Shown here: positions 19,669 through 29,100 of the stretch, in pieces
Layout of the letters: each line of letters opens with the position of its first letter
Position numbering within the stretch: the first letter of the stretch is position 1
Source: Nitrospira sp.
GTDB lineage: Bacteria > Nitrospirota > Nitrospiria > Nitrospirales > Nitrospiraceae
Direction of reading: 5' to 3'
Assembly (NCBI GenBank): GCA_031420175.1
Contig: JANOMG010000177.1
Span: forward strand, 1-43,528
DNA length: 43,528 bases
Notes under the pieces: model-generated
Database searches by the model: none
The model's input: the letters and a program-made list of their open reading frames with translations, nothing else
What the model was told of the DNA's origin: nothing
Program-made: the position numbers and the translations under genes

Positions 19669-20009
19669 TAAGGCTGATTCTGGTCGGGGTCCTGCTACTC
19701 CTCTCCCTGGCATTTTTTCTTCAAAACCAGGAACAGGAAGTCACGCTCCGATACTTCTTTGGTCTGCTTGAAGCGTCAACGCCGATCTATAAACCTATCC
19801 TGACGGGATTCGCGGTGGGGCTGCTGGTCTCCGGCATTTTGCTCTTTCCCCCATGGGTGAGAGGCCGGATCGAACTCCGCCGAAAAACCAAAGCGCTGCA
19901 AGAGGCTGAAGTGGACTTAGAACGGCTACGCGGCTCGCTCGATAAAGTCACCGGCCGCACCGCCCCCACTGTGACCGGCGAACCACAGCGAGACCGACGC
20001 GATGAGTGA
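19665..20009 (+). CDS. LapA-domain (DUF1049-like) small membrane protein
   Basis: Two TM helices followed by a charged coiled tail (RRKTKALQEAEVDLERLR). ATGA overlap with tsaE and an 8-nt overlap with mutS. Confidence 0.6.
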   Translation: MIRLILVGVLLLLSLAFFLQNQEQEVTLRYFFGLLEASTPIYKPILTGFAVGLLVSGILLFPPWVRGRIELRRKTKALQEAEVDLERLRGSLDKVTGRTAPTVTGEPQRDRRDE

Positions 20010-22668
20010 CGCAGACGCCTCACCGTTAATGCGGCAATACCGAGAAATCAAACGCGGTTATCCCGACGCCGTTCTGTTGTTCCGCGTTGGCGACTTTTAC
20101 GAAATGTTTTACGAGGATGCGCAGGTCGCCTCCAAGCTACTCTCCATTGCCCTAACCTCTCGCGACAAATCCAGCGCCAACCCGATTCCGTTGTGTGGCG
20201 TGCCGTACCATGCCGCGCAAGGCTATATCGCAAAGCTCCTCAAAGCCGGACGAACCGTCGCACTCTGCGAACAGGTGGAAGACCCGAAACTTGCAAAGGG
20301 TCTCGTGCGCCGAGAAGTCGTCCGTCTCTATACACCTGGCACTTTGGTCGATACCGAATTCCTCTCTCCCGGCGAATCACATTTCCTGGTCGCGGTCGCC
20401 TTCTCCGACGCCATGGCCTCATCTGCCAAGGGACAATCCATCATTGGGCTGGCCTGCCTGGATGTCTCCACAGGGGAGTTTTGGATGACGGAATTCCAAG
20501 GGGCGCAGGCGGAAACCCAGCTCATGGATGAACTGGCTCGACTCGAACCGCGGGAAGTCCTGCATCAAGATTCCGCGACGAATGCCAAATCCTGCCTGAC
20601 TCACCTGCGTGGGCCACGCCTCTGCGCACAACCTTTGGCCGCCTTCAATCCCAAAGATGCCACACAACTACTCCAGACACAGTTTGCGGTGCAGTCACTC
20701 GACGGATTCGGCTGTCGCGGCCTGACCGCCGGGATCGGAGCCGCCGGAGCGGTCCTGCGATACTTTCGTGAGACCCAGCCGACCGCCTCGCTCGCACATC
20801 TCCGCCGTCTGCAGACGCGCTGGAGCAGGGACGCCATGCATATAGATAGCGCGACGATTCGCAATCTCGAACTCGTGCGACCGCTCGGCTTCGGCGAGCC
20901 ACGATCGGGACAGGGCCAGCCGACAGTCTTGTCGGTGTTGGACCGCACCGCGACGGCCATGGGCAGTCGCTTGTTACGCGACTGGCTCGTCAGACCACTC
21001 CTCGATCGTGGCGCCATTCATGCTCGTCTGGACGCAGTCGGCGAGTTGAAAGACCGGATACAACAACGTGTGTCGGTCCGGACCACACTCCGCGATGTGC
21101 AAGATATCGCCCGTCTCAGTAGCCGCCTGACGCTCGGCGTCGCAGGACCTCGCGAACTACTCGCGCTGAAACAATCCGTAAGTGTCCTGCCAGAATTACG
21201 ATCCCACCTCCAGCCGTTCTCCACTTCGCTGCTGGCTGGTGTCCGTGAGTCGTGGGACGACTGCCGCGATGTACATGACGCGATTGAGCAGGCCGTCAAG
21301 CCGGATGCGCCGATGTCGCTCCGTGACGGCGGCGTGATTCGGGAAGGGTACCATGCAGGGGTCGATGAACTGCGCAAGGCCAGCACGGAAGGCAAAGGCT
21401 GGATCGCCTCGTTGGAAGCCAAAGAACGGGAGCGAACGGGAATCGACTCGTTGAAGGTTCGCTACAACCAGGTATTCGGCTACTACATCGAAATTACCAA
21501 GACTCACCTCACCCGTGTCCCGCCTGATTACATTCGCAAGCAGACGCTGGTGAATGCCGAACGATTCATGACAGCGGAACTCAAAGAGTTAGAAGAACGG
21601 GTCACAGGCGCTGAAAGTAAACTGCTGGCGCTTGAGCAGGAGCTGTTCGATCAGTTACGTGGTCGTTTAGCGAACGAGGTGCCTCGCCTTCAAGCGATGG
21701 CCCAGACCGTCGCGTTGCTCGACGTCCTCGCCGGCCTGGCCGAGACCGCCGCCTTACATCGCTACGTCAAACCCCTCGTCGATGAGAGCGGCACGATCCT
21801 CATTCGGGAAGGTCGGCACCCTGTCGTGGAACAGCTCAGCAGTGATCTCACCTTCGTGCCCAACGACACGGCCCTTGACAATGAGGGTAACAGGCTGGTG
21901 ATTCTCACCGGGCCCAACATGGCAGGGAAAAGCACCTATCTCCGCCAGGTGGCATTGATCGTTTTATTGGCGCAAATCGGGAGTTTCGTGCCTGCGACCG
22001 AGGCCCGCATTGGACTGGTCGATCGGATTTTCACGCGCGTGGGAGCCTCAGACAACCTGGCCGCAGGCCAGAGTACCTTCATGGTGGAGATGATCGAGTC
22101 CGCCCACATCTTGAACAGCGCAACCTCCCGCAGCTTGATTCTCCTGGATGAGATCGGACGAGGGACCAGCACCTACGATGGACTGAGCATCGCCTGGGCT
22201 ATTGCGGAACATATCCAAGACCGTCGGCACGTGGGAGCCAGGACATTGTTCGCCACGCATTATCACGAGATGACGCAACTGGAAGGGTTACGGGAGGGGA
22301 TCAAAAACTATTGCGTGGCGGTCCAGGAGCGGGATGGCGACGTGGTCTTTTTGCGTAAAATTGTGCCAGGCGGAGCAGACCGCAGTTACGGTATTCACGT
22401 CGCCAAACTGGCGGGACTCCCTCCAACGGTTATCGCTCGGGCGCAACAAGTCCTCGCCCAGCTAGAACAACCGGATACCACCATCGAGGGCACGCCCGTA
22501 TCTTTGGAGAAAGAAACACCACAGACCTCACTTCCCAAGCCTCATCCAATCATCGAGGAAATGAAACAATTCGACCTCTTTTCCATGACGCCGCTCGACG
22601 CACTCAACCGCCTCGCTGACATCCAACGCCGGATCGGTCCAACCGGCCAAGACGATCGCGACAAATAA
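20002..22668 (+). CDS. mutS: DNA mismatch repair protein MutS
   Basis: PLMRQYREIK..., Walker A GPNMAGKSTYLRQ, LLDEIGRGTSTYDG and ATHYHE. Confidence 0.95.
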   Translation: MSDADASPLMRQYREIKRGYPDAVLLFRVGDFYEMFYEDAQVASKLLSIALTSRDKSSANPIPLCGVPYHAAQGYIAKLLKAGRTVALCEQVEDPKLAKGLVRREVVRLYTPGTLVDTEFLSPGESHFLVAVAFSDAMASSAKGQSIIGLACLDVSTGEFWMTEFQGAQAETQLMDELARLEPREVLHQDSATNAKSCLTHLRGPRLCAQPLAAFNPKDATQLLQTQFAVQSLDGFGCRGLTAGIGAAGAVLRYFRETQPTASLAHLRRLQTRWSRDAMHIDSATIRNLELVRPLGFGEPRSGQGQPTVLSVLDRTATAMGSRLLRDWLVRPLLDRGAIHARLDAVGELKDRIQQRVSVRTTLRDVQDIARLSSRLTLGVAGPRELLALKQSVSVLPELRSHLQPFSTSLLAGVRESWDDCRDVHDAIEQAVKPDAPMSLRDGGVIREGYHAGVDELRKASTEGKGWIASLEAKERERTGIDSLKVRYNQVFGYYIEITKTHLTRVPPDYIRKQTLVNAERFMTAELKELEERVTGAESKLLALEQELFDQLRGRLANEVPRLQAMAQTVALLDVLAGLAETAALHRYVKPLVDESGTILIREGRHPVVEQLSSDLTFVPNDTALDNEGNRLVILTGPNMAGKSTYLRQVALIVLLAQIGSFVPATEARIGLVDRIFTRVGASDNLAAGQSTFMVEMIESAHILNSATSRSLILLDEIGRGTSTYDGLSIAWAIAEHIQDRRHVGARTLFATHYHEMTQLEGLREGIKNYCVAVQERDGDVVFLRKIVPGGADRSYGIHVAKLAGLPPTVIARAQQVLAQLEQPDTTIEGTPVSLEKETPQTSLPKPHPIIEEMKQFDLFSMTPLDALNRLADIQRRIGPTGQDDRDK

Positions 22669-22673
22669 GAAAA

Positions 22674-22699
22674 GCGGCATCCCCTTTCGGAGATGCCGC
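22674..22699. terminator. Bidirectional terminator hairpin between convergent mutS and the secreted-protein operon
   Basis: GCGGCATC-CCCTTTCGGA-GATGCCGC, flanked by AAAA on the left and a T/C-rich stretch on the right. Confidence 0.6.
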
Positions 22700-22724
22700 C
22701 TTCACAAACAGAGACTGGCTCAGC

Positions 22725-23396
22725 TTAGTGAGCAGCAGTGCCCAAGTTGTACTTCGCGGTCCAGGGAATCAAGCCAGCGATCGGCTGTCCACCTGGGAGC
22801 AACACATCATACTGCATAGGTACAGCGGCCCCATCTGGAGATTTCGGTGAGGTATTGAGCTGCTGCTTCGCTGCTGCGCAGCCTGCTTCAACTTCGCTAT
22901 GCCCCGCGCACTCCTTCAGACGCAGACCGGAGATGCTGAGCGGCTTCCCCATCGAACCAGCCACTTCCGGAAGCTTCTTGACCGAGGAAATGACCCGGTG
23001 ATTCTGCTCTGGCTCCGTCACGGTAAACTCGATCAAGTCCGTCGTGCTGGCTGGCGGCACTTCCTTTGCCGCAGCTGGTCCCGCATGGGGACGGGCCATC
23101 TTCTTCAACTCATCCCAGGCGCCCTTGTCCGCGTAAAACTTCAGGGTCTTGCCCGGGTGAATCTTCTGCCAGAAAAAGCCGCTCTCAGCGGCCCCGCCGA
23201 ACACAGAGACGTTGATCCAGACCGCTTCATCGTAGGGATCGAGGACAATGACGCGACCCTGCAAGGTCGTCGGCTTGCTCAAATCTCCCCACTCAAAACG
23301 CTCTTGGAATGACTCGATGGCTAACGCGGTGGAGGCCACAGATACCCCCAGCGCTACGGCGGCCACCATGGCCCAACCTTTCGCATGAAACTTCAT
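22725..23396 (-). CDS. Secreted protein of unknown function (paralog B)
   Basis: ATG at 23396 with the SD AAGGAGGA. Signal peptide MKFHAKGWAMVAAVALGVSVASTALA/IESF. I recognise no domain. It shares the block TTLQGRV... with the upstream gene. Confidence 0.7.
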   Translation of the reverse strand: MKFHAKGWAMVAAVALGVSVASTALAIESFQERFEWGDLSKPTTLQGRVIVLDPYDEAVWINVSVFGGAAESGFFWQKIHPGKTLKFYADKGAWDELKKMARPHAGPAAAKEVPPASTTDLIEFTVTEPEQNHRVISSVKKLPEVAGSMGKPLSISGLRLKECAGHSEVEAGCAAAKQQLNTSPKSPDGAAVPMQYDVLLPGGQPIAGLIPWTAKYNLGTAAH

Positions 23397-23447
23397 AATC
23401 GCGTCCTCCTTGCTGAACATAAATGAATTAAAGCTGGTCGAGGTCGA

Positions 23448-23954
23448 TTACTTAATAACCTTAAAGCCGGTGATCGTCCGACCGTCCAGGCTCACTTCCA
23501 TGGCCACGAGTTCCTGGGAGGCCTTGATGATCTGGTCCATCAACGCTTTGTCCTTCACTGCCAGACGAACGGTCGTGGCAGCATGGTACCAACCGGAATA
23601 GGGGCTGTTCTTATCAGTCCCACCCACAAAGCCCCAGCCGCAGCAGCTGAACAATGGGTCCGGTGGCTTCACGTCGAGATCGGAGGACGAACGGCCGTTC
23701 GGGGTCCCTGACGCCGGCTCACCGGTGTTCCAATATTGAATCCCGAAGAGCAACTCTCCATCTGGATTGTCCGCCCACTGCGACCAGACACGACCTTTCA
23801 AGGTCTTGGTGACTTCACCCTTCATCGGCTTTCCACCGACGATGTTATCAACTGGACCCGCCCCAGGTGCATCGGCCGCAACGGCGAATTCAGCCGTCAC
23901 CATACCGAACATGGACAACATTGCCACGGAGGCTAAAACTGCAACCCTTTTCAT
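23448..23954 (-). CDS. Secreted protein of unknown function (paralog A)
   Basis: ATG at 23954 with the SD GAAGGAGGG. Signal peptide MKRVAVLASVAMLSMFGMVTAEFAVA/ADAP. I recognise no domain. It contains FSCCGWGF. Confidence 0.7.
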   Translation of the reverse strand: MKRVAVLASVAMLSMFGMVTAEFAVAADAPGAGPVDNIVGGKPMKGEVTKTLKGRVWSQWADNPDGELLFGIQYWNTGEPASGTPNGRSSSDLDVKPPDPLFSCCGWGFVGGTDKNSPYSGWYHAATTVRLAVKDKALMDQIIKASQELVAMEVSLDGRTITGFKVIK

Positions 23955-24135
23955 ACCTAGTCCCTCCTTCATAAAAATAACAACCGAAATAACCGATGGA
24001 CACTAGTTTAAGTACGATGAATGAACAGAAACGGTTTCAGAGATCCTCCAATCACGAGCGATGGGTTCCGCCACCTCCTTTGCTCTCTCTCGCGTTGAGT
24101 CCCTCGATTGAGAATCGTTGTCAAAAAGTTCCGTC

Positions 24136-24164
24136 ATGGTACTGAAACTGCGAAATACTGTCAA
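24136..24164 (-). promoter_or_regulatory. Sigma-70-like promoter for the secreted-protein operon
   Basis: Minus strand TTGACA-17 nt-TACCAT, which implies a 5' leader of about 175 nt. A second candidate is an extended -10 (TGGTAAAAT) at about 24249..24264, between two GC palindromes. Confidence 0.35.
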
Positions 24165-24195
24165 GAAAATGTTTGCCCTGTGGATAGATTCAAAT

Positions 24196-24215
24196 TTAAT
24201 CATAATAATGATTAA
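24196..24215. promoter_or_regulatory. Perfect inverted repeat TTAATCAT-N4-ATGATTAA (candidate operator)
   Basis: Read directly: ttaatcat aata atgattaa, inside the most AT-rich stretch of the window and upstream of the candidate promoter. Confidence 0.4.
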
Positions 24216-24295
24216 TAATCAAATGCTTACGACAACTAGCGAGCTCGCAAATTTTACCATATTTGAGCGCTCGACTCACATCTATTAGAAAATTC

Positions 24296-25549
24296 TCATC
24301 TATACGACTGAAGCGTACGTGGCGCGAGAGGGCCCAACCCGGTGATGGCGAGAGAGTCCACATTGAAAAATTGACGACCCACGTTAAACATCTGCTCTTC
24401 GCTCACACGATCAATGCGCGCCAGCATATCGTCCAGCGACGTATGCTTTCCGTATGTCAGTTCGTCCTTGGCCAATTTACTCATGCGGCTATGCGAACTC
24501 TCCAGACTCAACATGAGGCTGCCTTTCATCTGGACCTTCGCCCGCTCAAGCTCTTTTCCGACAACGCCCTTGCTCCCCACCCGTCTGATTTCACGGCAGA
24601 CGAGATCCACCACACGATCCACTTCTTTCGGTCTGGTCGCTGCATATACGGTGATCATGCCGCCGTCAGAGTAGCCGGACAAATAGGAGTAGATGGAATA
24701 GACGAGACCTCGTTTCTCACGGACTTCCTGAAATAATCGCGAACTCACACTGCCTCCCAACACACTGTTGAGCGCATACAGGGCATACCGATCCTGATGT
24801 CCGGCGGGAACGCCTTTGAGCCCTAAACAAAGATGGACTTGTTCTAACTTCTTCTTCTTCAGCAAGACACCGCCGCGCAAGTCAGGAGAACGGCGCCCGT
24901 TGGCATGGGTCGCCTTTGCAGATCGGCCCTTGCCGAAATACTTCGCGACCAGGAGATCAAGTTTGTCCTGCTCAAAATTCCCGGCGATCGACACCACGGT
25001 CTGCGTCGAATCGTAGTGGGTCTCGATATAGCCCAGCAGATCTTGACGTCGCAGCCCTCTGACCGTCTTCTCCCGGCCCAAGATAGAGCGACCGAGTGGA
25101 TGACGCCCCAGCACTTGGCCCATATGGAGCTCTTGCACGAGATCTTCCGGATCGTCCTGAACCATGCGGATTTCTTCCAGAACGACCTGTTTTTCTTTTT
25201 CGATGTCTTTGGGTGCGAACCGGGAATGGTGAAACAGGTCGGAGAGGAGTTCCAACGCTCGATGCAGTTGCTGATCCAACACCTTCACATAATAGGTCGT
25301 TGTCTCACGCGAGGTGAAGGCATTCATCTCTCCGCCGAGTGCGTCGATTTCACGCGAAATCTCGGCGGAGGAACGCTTACGCGTTCCCTTAAAGAGCATG
25401 TGCTCGATAAAGTGAGAATACCCTGCTTGGGGAGGCTGCTCGTCCCGCGACCCAGTGTTGACCCATACACCGACGGTCACCGACTTCAGCGTCGGCATCC
25501 GTTCGGTTACGACCCGCACCCCGTTGTCCAGGACGAGCTTGTGATACAC
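24296..25549 (-). CDS. M16-family (pitrilysin/insulinase-like) zinc peptidase
   Basis: HFIEHMLFKG is the inverted zincin motif HxxEH. The gene lies 5 nt downstream of pnp, a common arrangement. Confidence 0.85.
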   Translation of the reverse strand: MYHKLVLDNGVRVVTERMPTLKSVTVGVWVNTGSRDEQPPQAGYSHFIEHMLFKGTRKRSSAEISREIDALGGEMNAFTSRETTTYYVKVLDQQLHRALELLSDLFHHSRFAPKDIEKEKQVVLEEIRMVQDDPEDLVQELHMGQVLGRHPLGRSILGREKTVRGLRRQDLLGYIETHYDSTQTVVSIAGNFEQDKLDLLVAKYFGKGRSAKATHANGRRSPDLRGGVLLKKKKLEQVHLCLGLKGVPAGHQDRYALYALNSVLGGSVSSRLFQEVREKRGLVYSIYSYLSGYSDGGMITVYAATRPKEVDRVVDLVCREIRRVGSKGVVGKELERAKVQMKGSLMLSLESSHSRMSKLAKDELTYGKHTSLDDMLARIDRVSEEQMFNVGRQFFNVDSLAITGLGPLAPRTLQSYR

Positions 25550-25554
25550 GGCGG

Positions 25555-27672
25555 TTACCCGACGGACGGATCAGGCGCAGCAGCCCCGGCCGGAGCCGGC
25601 ATGGCTTCCTTGCGGCTCAGGCGGATCTTCCCTTGACGGTCCACTTCCATGACCTTCACCAAGATTTGATCCCCTTCCTTCACCTCATCCGACACCGCTT
25701 GGACCCGATGGTGCGCCAACTGTGAGATATGCACCAGTCCATCGGTTCCAGGAAGGACTTCGACAAACGCGCCGAAGTCCATGATCTTCCGAACCGTACC
25801 CATGTAGATCTTTCCGATCTCGACCTCTTCGGTGATCCGGCTGATCATTTCTTTGGCCTTCTCGGCCGAAGCGCCGTCGACCGACGCGATCGTCACGGTT
25901 CCGCTGTCATCGACATTGATCTTCACCCCGCAATCCGCAATGATACTGCGGATCGTCTTGCCGCCCGGCCCGATGATTTCACGAATCTTGTCTTGCTTCA
26001 CCTTCATCGTGAAGATCCTGGGCGCGTAAGCCGACAGGGTGGTTCTTGGCGCTTGGAGGGCTTTCTCCATACAACCCAAAATGTGTAAACGGCCGGCTTT
26101 CGCTTGCTCCAAGGCCTTCTGCATCAGGGCCGACGTAATGCCGCCGATTTTGATATCCATCTGCAAAGCCGTCACACCCTGCTTGGTGCCGCAGACCTTA
26201 AAGTCCATGTCGCCTAGGTGATCCTCTAGTCCGAGAATATCGGAGAGGATCATGACCCGATCGCCCTCTTTGATCAATCCCATTGCGATCCCGGCAACGG
26301 CTTTGCTGATCGGCACGCCGGCATCCATCAACGCAAGGCTCCCCCCACAGACGGTCGCCATCGAAGAGGACCCATTGGATTCAAGGATGTCGGACACGAT
26401 ACGCAGCGTGTAGGGAAAGGCTTCCTTGCTCGGGATCACCGGAGCCAACGCCCGTTCCGCCAATGCACCATGACCCACTTCCCGACGTCCCGGCGAGCGA
26501 AGCGGCCGCGCTTCGCCGACACTGAACGGCGGAAAATTGTAATGGAGCATGAACGTCCGCATGTACTCCCCTTCCAACGCATCGATCCGCTGTTCGTCGT
26601 CCGAGGTCCCCAACGTGACCACGGCTAAACTTTGGGTCTCGCCTCTGGTGAAAATCGCCGACCCATGTGTCCTGGGCAACGCGCTGACTTCGCAGGTGAT
26701 CGCACGAATATCAGCAGGGCCACGTCCATCCGCCCGCGACCCCTTCTCCAGGATCATGTTCCGGACTTCCGTATATTCCAGGTCATGGAACACCAGCTTG
26801 ACGTGCCGCTCCCGATTTGGATCGTCCGCATTCTTCAGTTTTTGAACCGCGTTGTTCTTGACCTCATCCAGCTTCTCCTGCCTGGCCGCTTTGTTCGGGA
26901 TCATGATGGCATCTCGGATCCCTTGCGCCACCAGAGCCTTCACTTGAGCGGTGAGCGCGTCGTCGATCTGCTCCTTCGCCACCTTCCGCTTGGGCTTGCC
27001 GGCGAGGGCTTGCAATTCGCGAATCTTGGCCACAATCTTCTTGATCTCAGCATGGGCGAGTTCGATCGCCTCGAGCATAATGGCTTCAGACAGTTCGTTC
27101 GCCCCTGCTTCGACCATCATAACCGCATCGGCCGTCCCCGCCACGACGAGGTGCAATTCGCTCTTCGCGACCGTTTCAAGATCAGGATTGACCACGAACT
27201 TACCGTCCAGCCGCCCGATCCTCACGCCCGCGATCGGATTGTCGAACGGAATATTCGAGATGGTCAGGGCCGCAGAGGAGGCGATAATGGCAAGGATGTC
27301 AGACGACCCGGTCTGATCGGCGGAGAGGACTGAGGCGATGACTTGGGTCTCGAAGTAATAGCCCTCAGGAAAGAGTGGACGGAGTCCCCGATCGATCTGC
27401 CGGCTGGTCAACACGGCCTTTTCTGATGGACGCGCTTCCCGCTTGAAATACCCGCCGGGAATCTTCCCGGCTGCGAAAGATTTTTCCTGATAATCGACTG
27501 TGAGGGGAAGAAAATCGATGCCCGCCTTGGCGACTTGTGACGCAACGGCCGTGGCTAACACGACCGTGTCGCCGTACGTGGCCCAAATCGAACCGTCGGC
27601 TTGTCGTGCCACACGACCGGTCTCGAGTCGCAGGATGCGCCCCGCAACCTCTATTTCAACTGTGTGTACCAT
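25555..27672 (-). CDS. pnp: Polyribonucleotide nucleotidyltransferase (PNPase)
   Basis: Two RNase PH domains followed by KH and S1 domains (GKIYMGTVRKIMDFGAFVEVLPGTDGLVHISQL). Confidence 0.95.
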   Translation of the reverse strand: MVHTVEIEVAGRILRLETGRVARQADGSIWATYGDTVVLATAVASQVAKAGIDFLPLTVDYQEKSFAAGKIPGGYFKREARPSEKAVLTSRQIDRGLRPLFPEGYYFETQVIASVLSADQTGSSDILAIIASSAALTISNIPFDNPIAGVRIGRLDGKFVVNPDLETVAKSELHLVVAGTADAVMMVEAGANELSEAIMLEAIELAHAEIKKIVAKIRELQALAGKPKRKVAKEQIDDALTAQVKALVAQGIRDAIMIPNKAARQEKLDEVKNNAVQKLKNADDPNRERHVKLVFHDLEYTEVRNMILEKGSRADGRGPADIRAITCEVSALPRTHGSAIFTRGETQSLAVVTLGTSDDEQRIDALEGEYMRTFMLHYNFPPFSVGEARPLRSPGRREVGHGALAERALAPVIPSKEAFPYTLRIVSDILESNGSSSMATVCGGSLALMDAGVPISKAVAGIAMGLIKEGDRVMILSDILGLEDHLGDMDFKVCGTKQGVTALQMDIKIGGITSALMQKALEQAKAGRLHILGCMEKALQAPRTTLSAYAPRIFTMKVKQDKIREIIGPGGKTIRSIIADCGVKINVDDSGTVTIASVDGASAEKAKEMISRITEEVEIGKIYMGTVRKIMDFGAFVEVLPGTDGLVHISQLAHHRVQAVSDEVKEGDQILVKVMEVDRQGKIRLSRKEAMPAPAGAAAPDPSVG

Positions 27673-27784
27673 CTGAGTCTCCTCTGGTTAGGCCCCACAG
27701 ATGCCCACAGAGAGAGACTCGAGCGATACGGGACACTCCAGCCTCTGTCCGTGTTCACCTGTGCGACTGACGACTACGGTCCCG

Positions 27785-27808
27785 CTGTTGCGCCTCATGG
27801 CGCGACAG
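27785..27808 (-). promoter_or_regulatory. rpsO-pnp intergenic hairpin (terminator/processing-site candidate)
   Basis: Minus strand CTGTCGCGCC-ATGA-GGCGCAACAG forms a 10-bp stem with one C.A mismatch, 12 nt after the rpsO stop, with no U-tract. Confidence 0.35.
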
Positions 27809-27819
27809 CGAGACGGATA

Positions 27820-28089
27820 CTATTTTCTGATGCCCAATCGCTCGATCACTGCACGGTACCGCGCATCGCTGACGCCACGAAGATAGTCGAGCAACCGCCG
27901 ACGGCGGCCGACCAAGAGCAGCAGGCCACGTCGCGAGTGATGATCCTTCTTGTGGGTCTTGAAATGCTCCGTCAAATACGTGATCCGGGTCGTCAACACC
28001 GCGATCTGGACTTCCGGTGAGCCGGAATCCGTCTCATGCTGCCGATACTGTTTGATCAACTCAGTCTTTGCTTCTTTGAGTAATGCCAT
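27820..28089 (-). CDS. rpsO: 30S ribosomal protein S15
   Basis: [57 protein letters not shown] (89 aa). The track ORF is extended 16 codons upstream. Confidence 0.95.
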   Translation of the reverse strand: MALLKEAKTELIKQYRQHETDSGSPEVQIAVLTTRITYLTEHFKTHKKDHHSRRGLLLLVGRRRRLLDYLRGVSDARYRAVIERLGIRK

Positions 28090-28133
28090 GGGGTTTCTTC
28101 CTTCCTGTTCCTTTCCTTCATCTGCAACGGAGC

Positions 28134-29090
28134 TCATACGTCCTGATCGATTAATACCTTCTCAACCTTGAGCGCATCTCCCGAAATCTCCGGACACTTC
28201 CCGATCGCCACCAAACGTCCGTCGATATCATGGATACGAACCGGCGTATGTGGCTGGCACTCGCCATCGCCTGCCCCTTCCCAACGCAGGATTTTTCCCG
28301 CGGGCACCGGAGCACCATGTCGCACGCGGTCGGCAGTCTGTTCATCCACCACCGCAACCGCCAGTCGGTTCAACGCCAAATCCAGAGACAACAGATCGTC
28401 TCCCAAGCGACCGAGGGCATGACGGGTGATCACCTGATCGACCGTCAGCGCGTGGTCAATCGTCAATGGACCGACTCGCCTTCGCTCCAACGCCAACATG
28501 TGGCCGCCGACGCCTAAAACCTCCCCGATGCCGTCACAGAGCGTCCGCACGTAGGTCCCTTTGGAGCAGACGATGCACAACGTCACGTCCCGCCCCTCGA
28601 TCCCCAGCACCTCAAGGGTATGGATGAGGACGGTTCGCGCGTCCCGGGCAATTGTCTTACCCGCGCGAGCGGACTTATAGAGGGGAACCCCTGCGACTTT
28701 CACCGCTGAATACATCGGGGGCACTTGCTCAACCGGCCCGCGAAATCGACCGACCGCCGCATGAATCGCCTCTGCCGTCACCTGGTCAGTCGCCTGGCTC
28801 GTCAGAACCGTTCCCGTCGCATCCTGCGTATCGGTGGTTTCGCCGAGGCGAAGCACGGCACAATATTCTTTATCCCACTCAACGAGATATTCGGCAATGC
28901 GAGTTCCCCGCCCGATCAGTACGGGCAAGACTCCCGTTGCGGCAGGATCGAGGGTCCCGGCATGACCGACCTTCACTCCACCAAGAAGATGCCGTATCTT
29001 TGCCACGACATCGTGGGAGGTCCAGCCCGCTTCCTTCTTGATGATCAGCACGCCGTCGACGGCACAGCTTTGTGCGAGTTCCATCATCAC
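28134..29090 (-). CDS. truB: tRNA pseudouridine(55) synthase
   Basis: [18 protein letters not shown]...[16 protein letters not shown], plus a C-terminal PUA-like region. The start is GTG at 29090 or ATG at 29087/29084. Confidence 0.9.
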   Translation of the reverse strand: MMMELAQSCAVDGVLIIKKEAGWTSHDVVAKIRHLLGGVKVGHAGTLDPAATGVLPVLIGRGTRIAEYLVEWDKEYCAVLRLGETTDTQDATGTVLTSQATDQVTAEAIHAAVGRFRGPVEQVPPMYSAVKVAGVPLYKSARAGKTIARDARTVLIHTLEVLGIEGRDVTLCIVCSKGTYVRTLCDGIGEVLGVGGHMLALERRRVGPLTIDHALTVDQVITRHALGRLGDDLLSLDLALNRLAVAVVDEQTADRVRHGAPVPAGKILRWEGAGDGECQPHTPVRIHDIDGRLVAIGKCPEISGDALKVEKVLIDQDV

Positions 29091-29100
29091 GTCCCCGATG

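Noticed and set aside
24003-24203. 66-aa minus-strand ORF inside the AT-rich leader (possible small protein or uORF)
   Set aside because: There is no usable SD before its ATG or before the internal ATG. The AAGGAGGTG inside it directly abuts the only in-frame GTG, leaving no spacer. The start codon sits inside the palindrome. It is more likely untranslated leader, although Ribo-seq could revive it.
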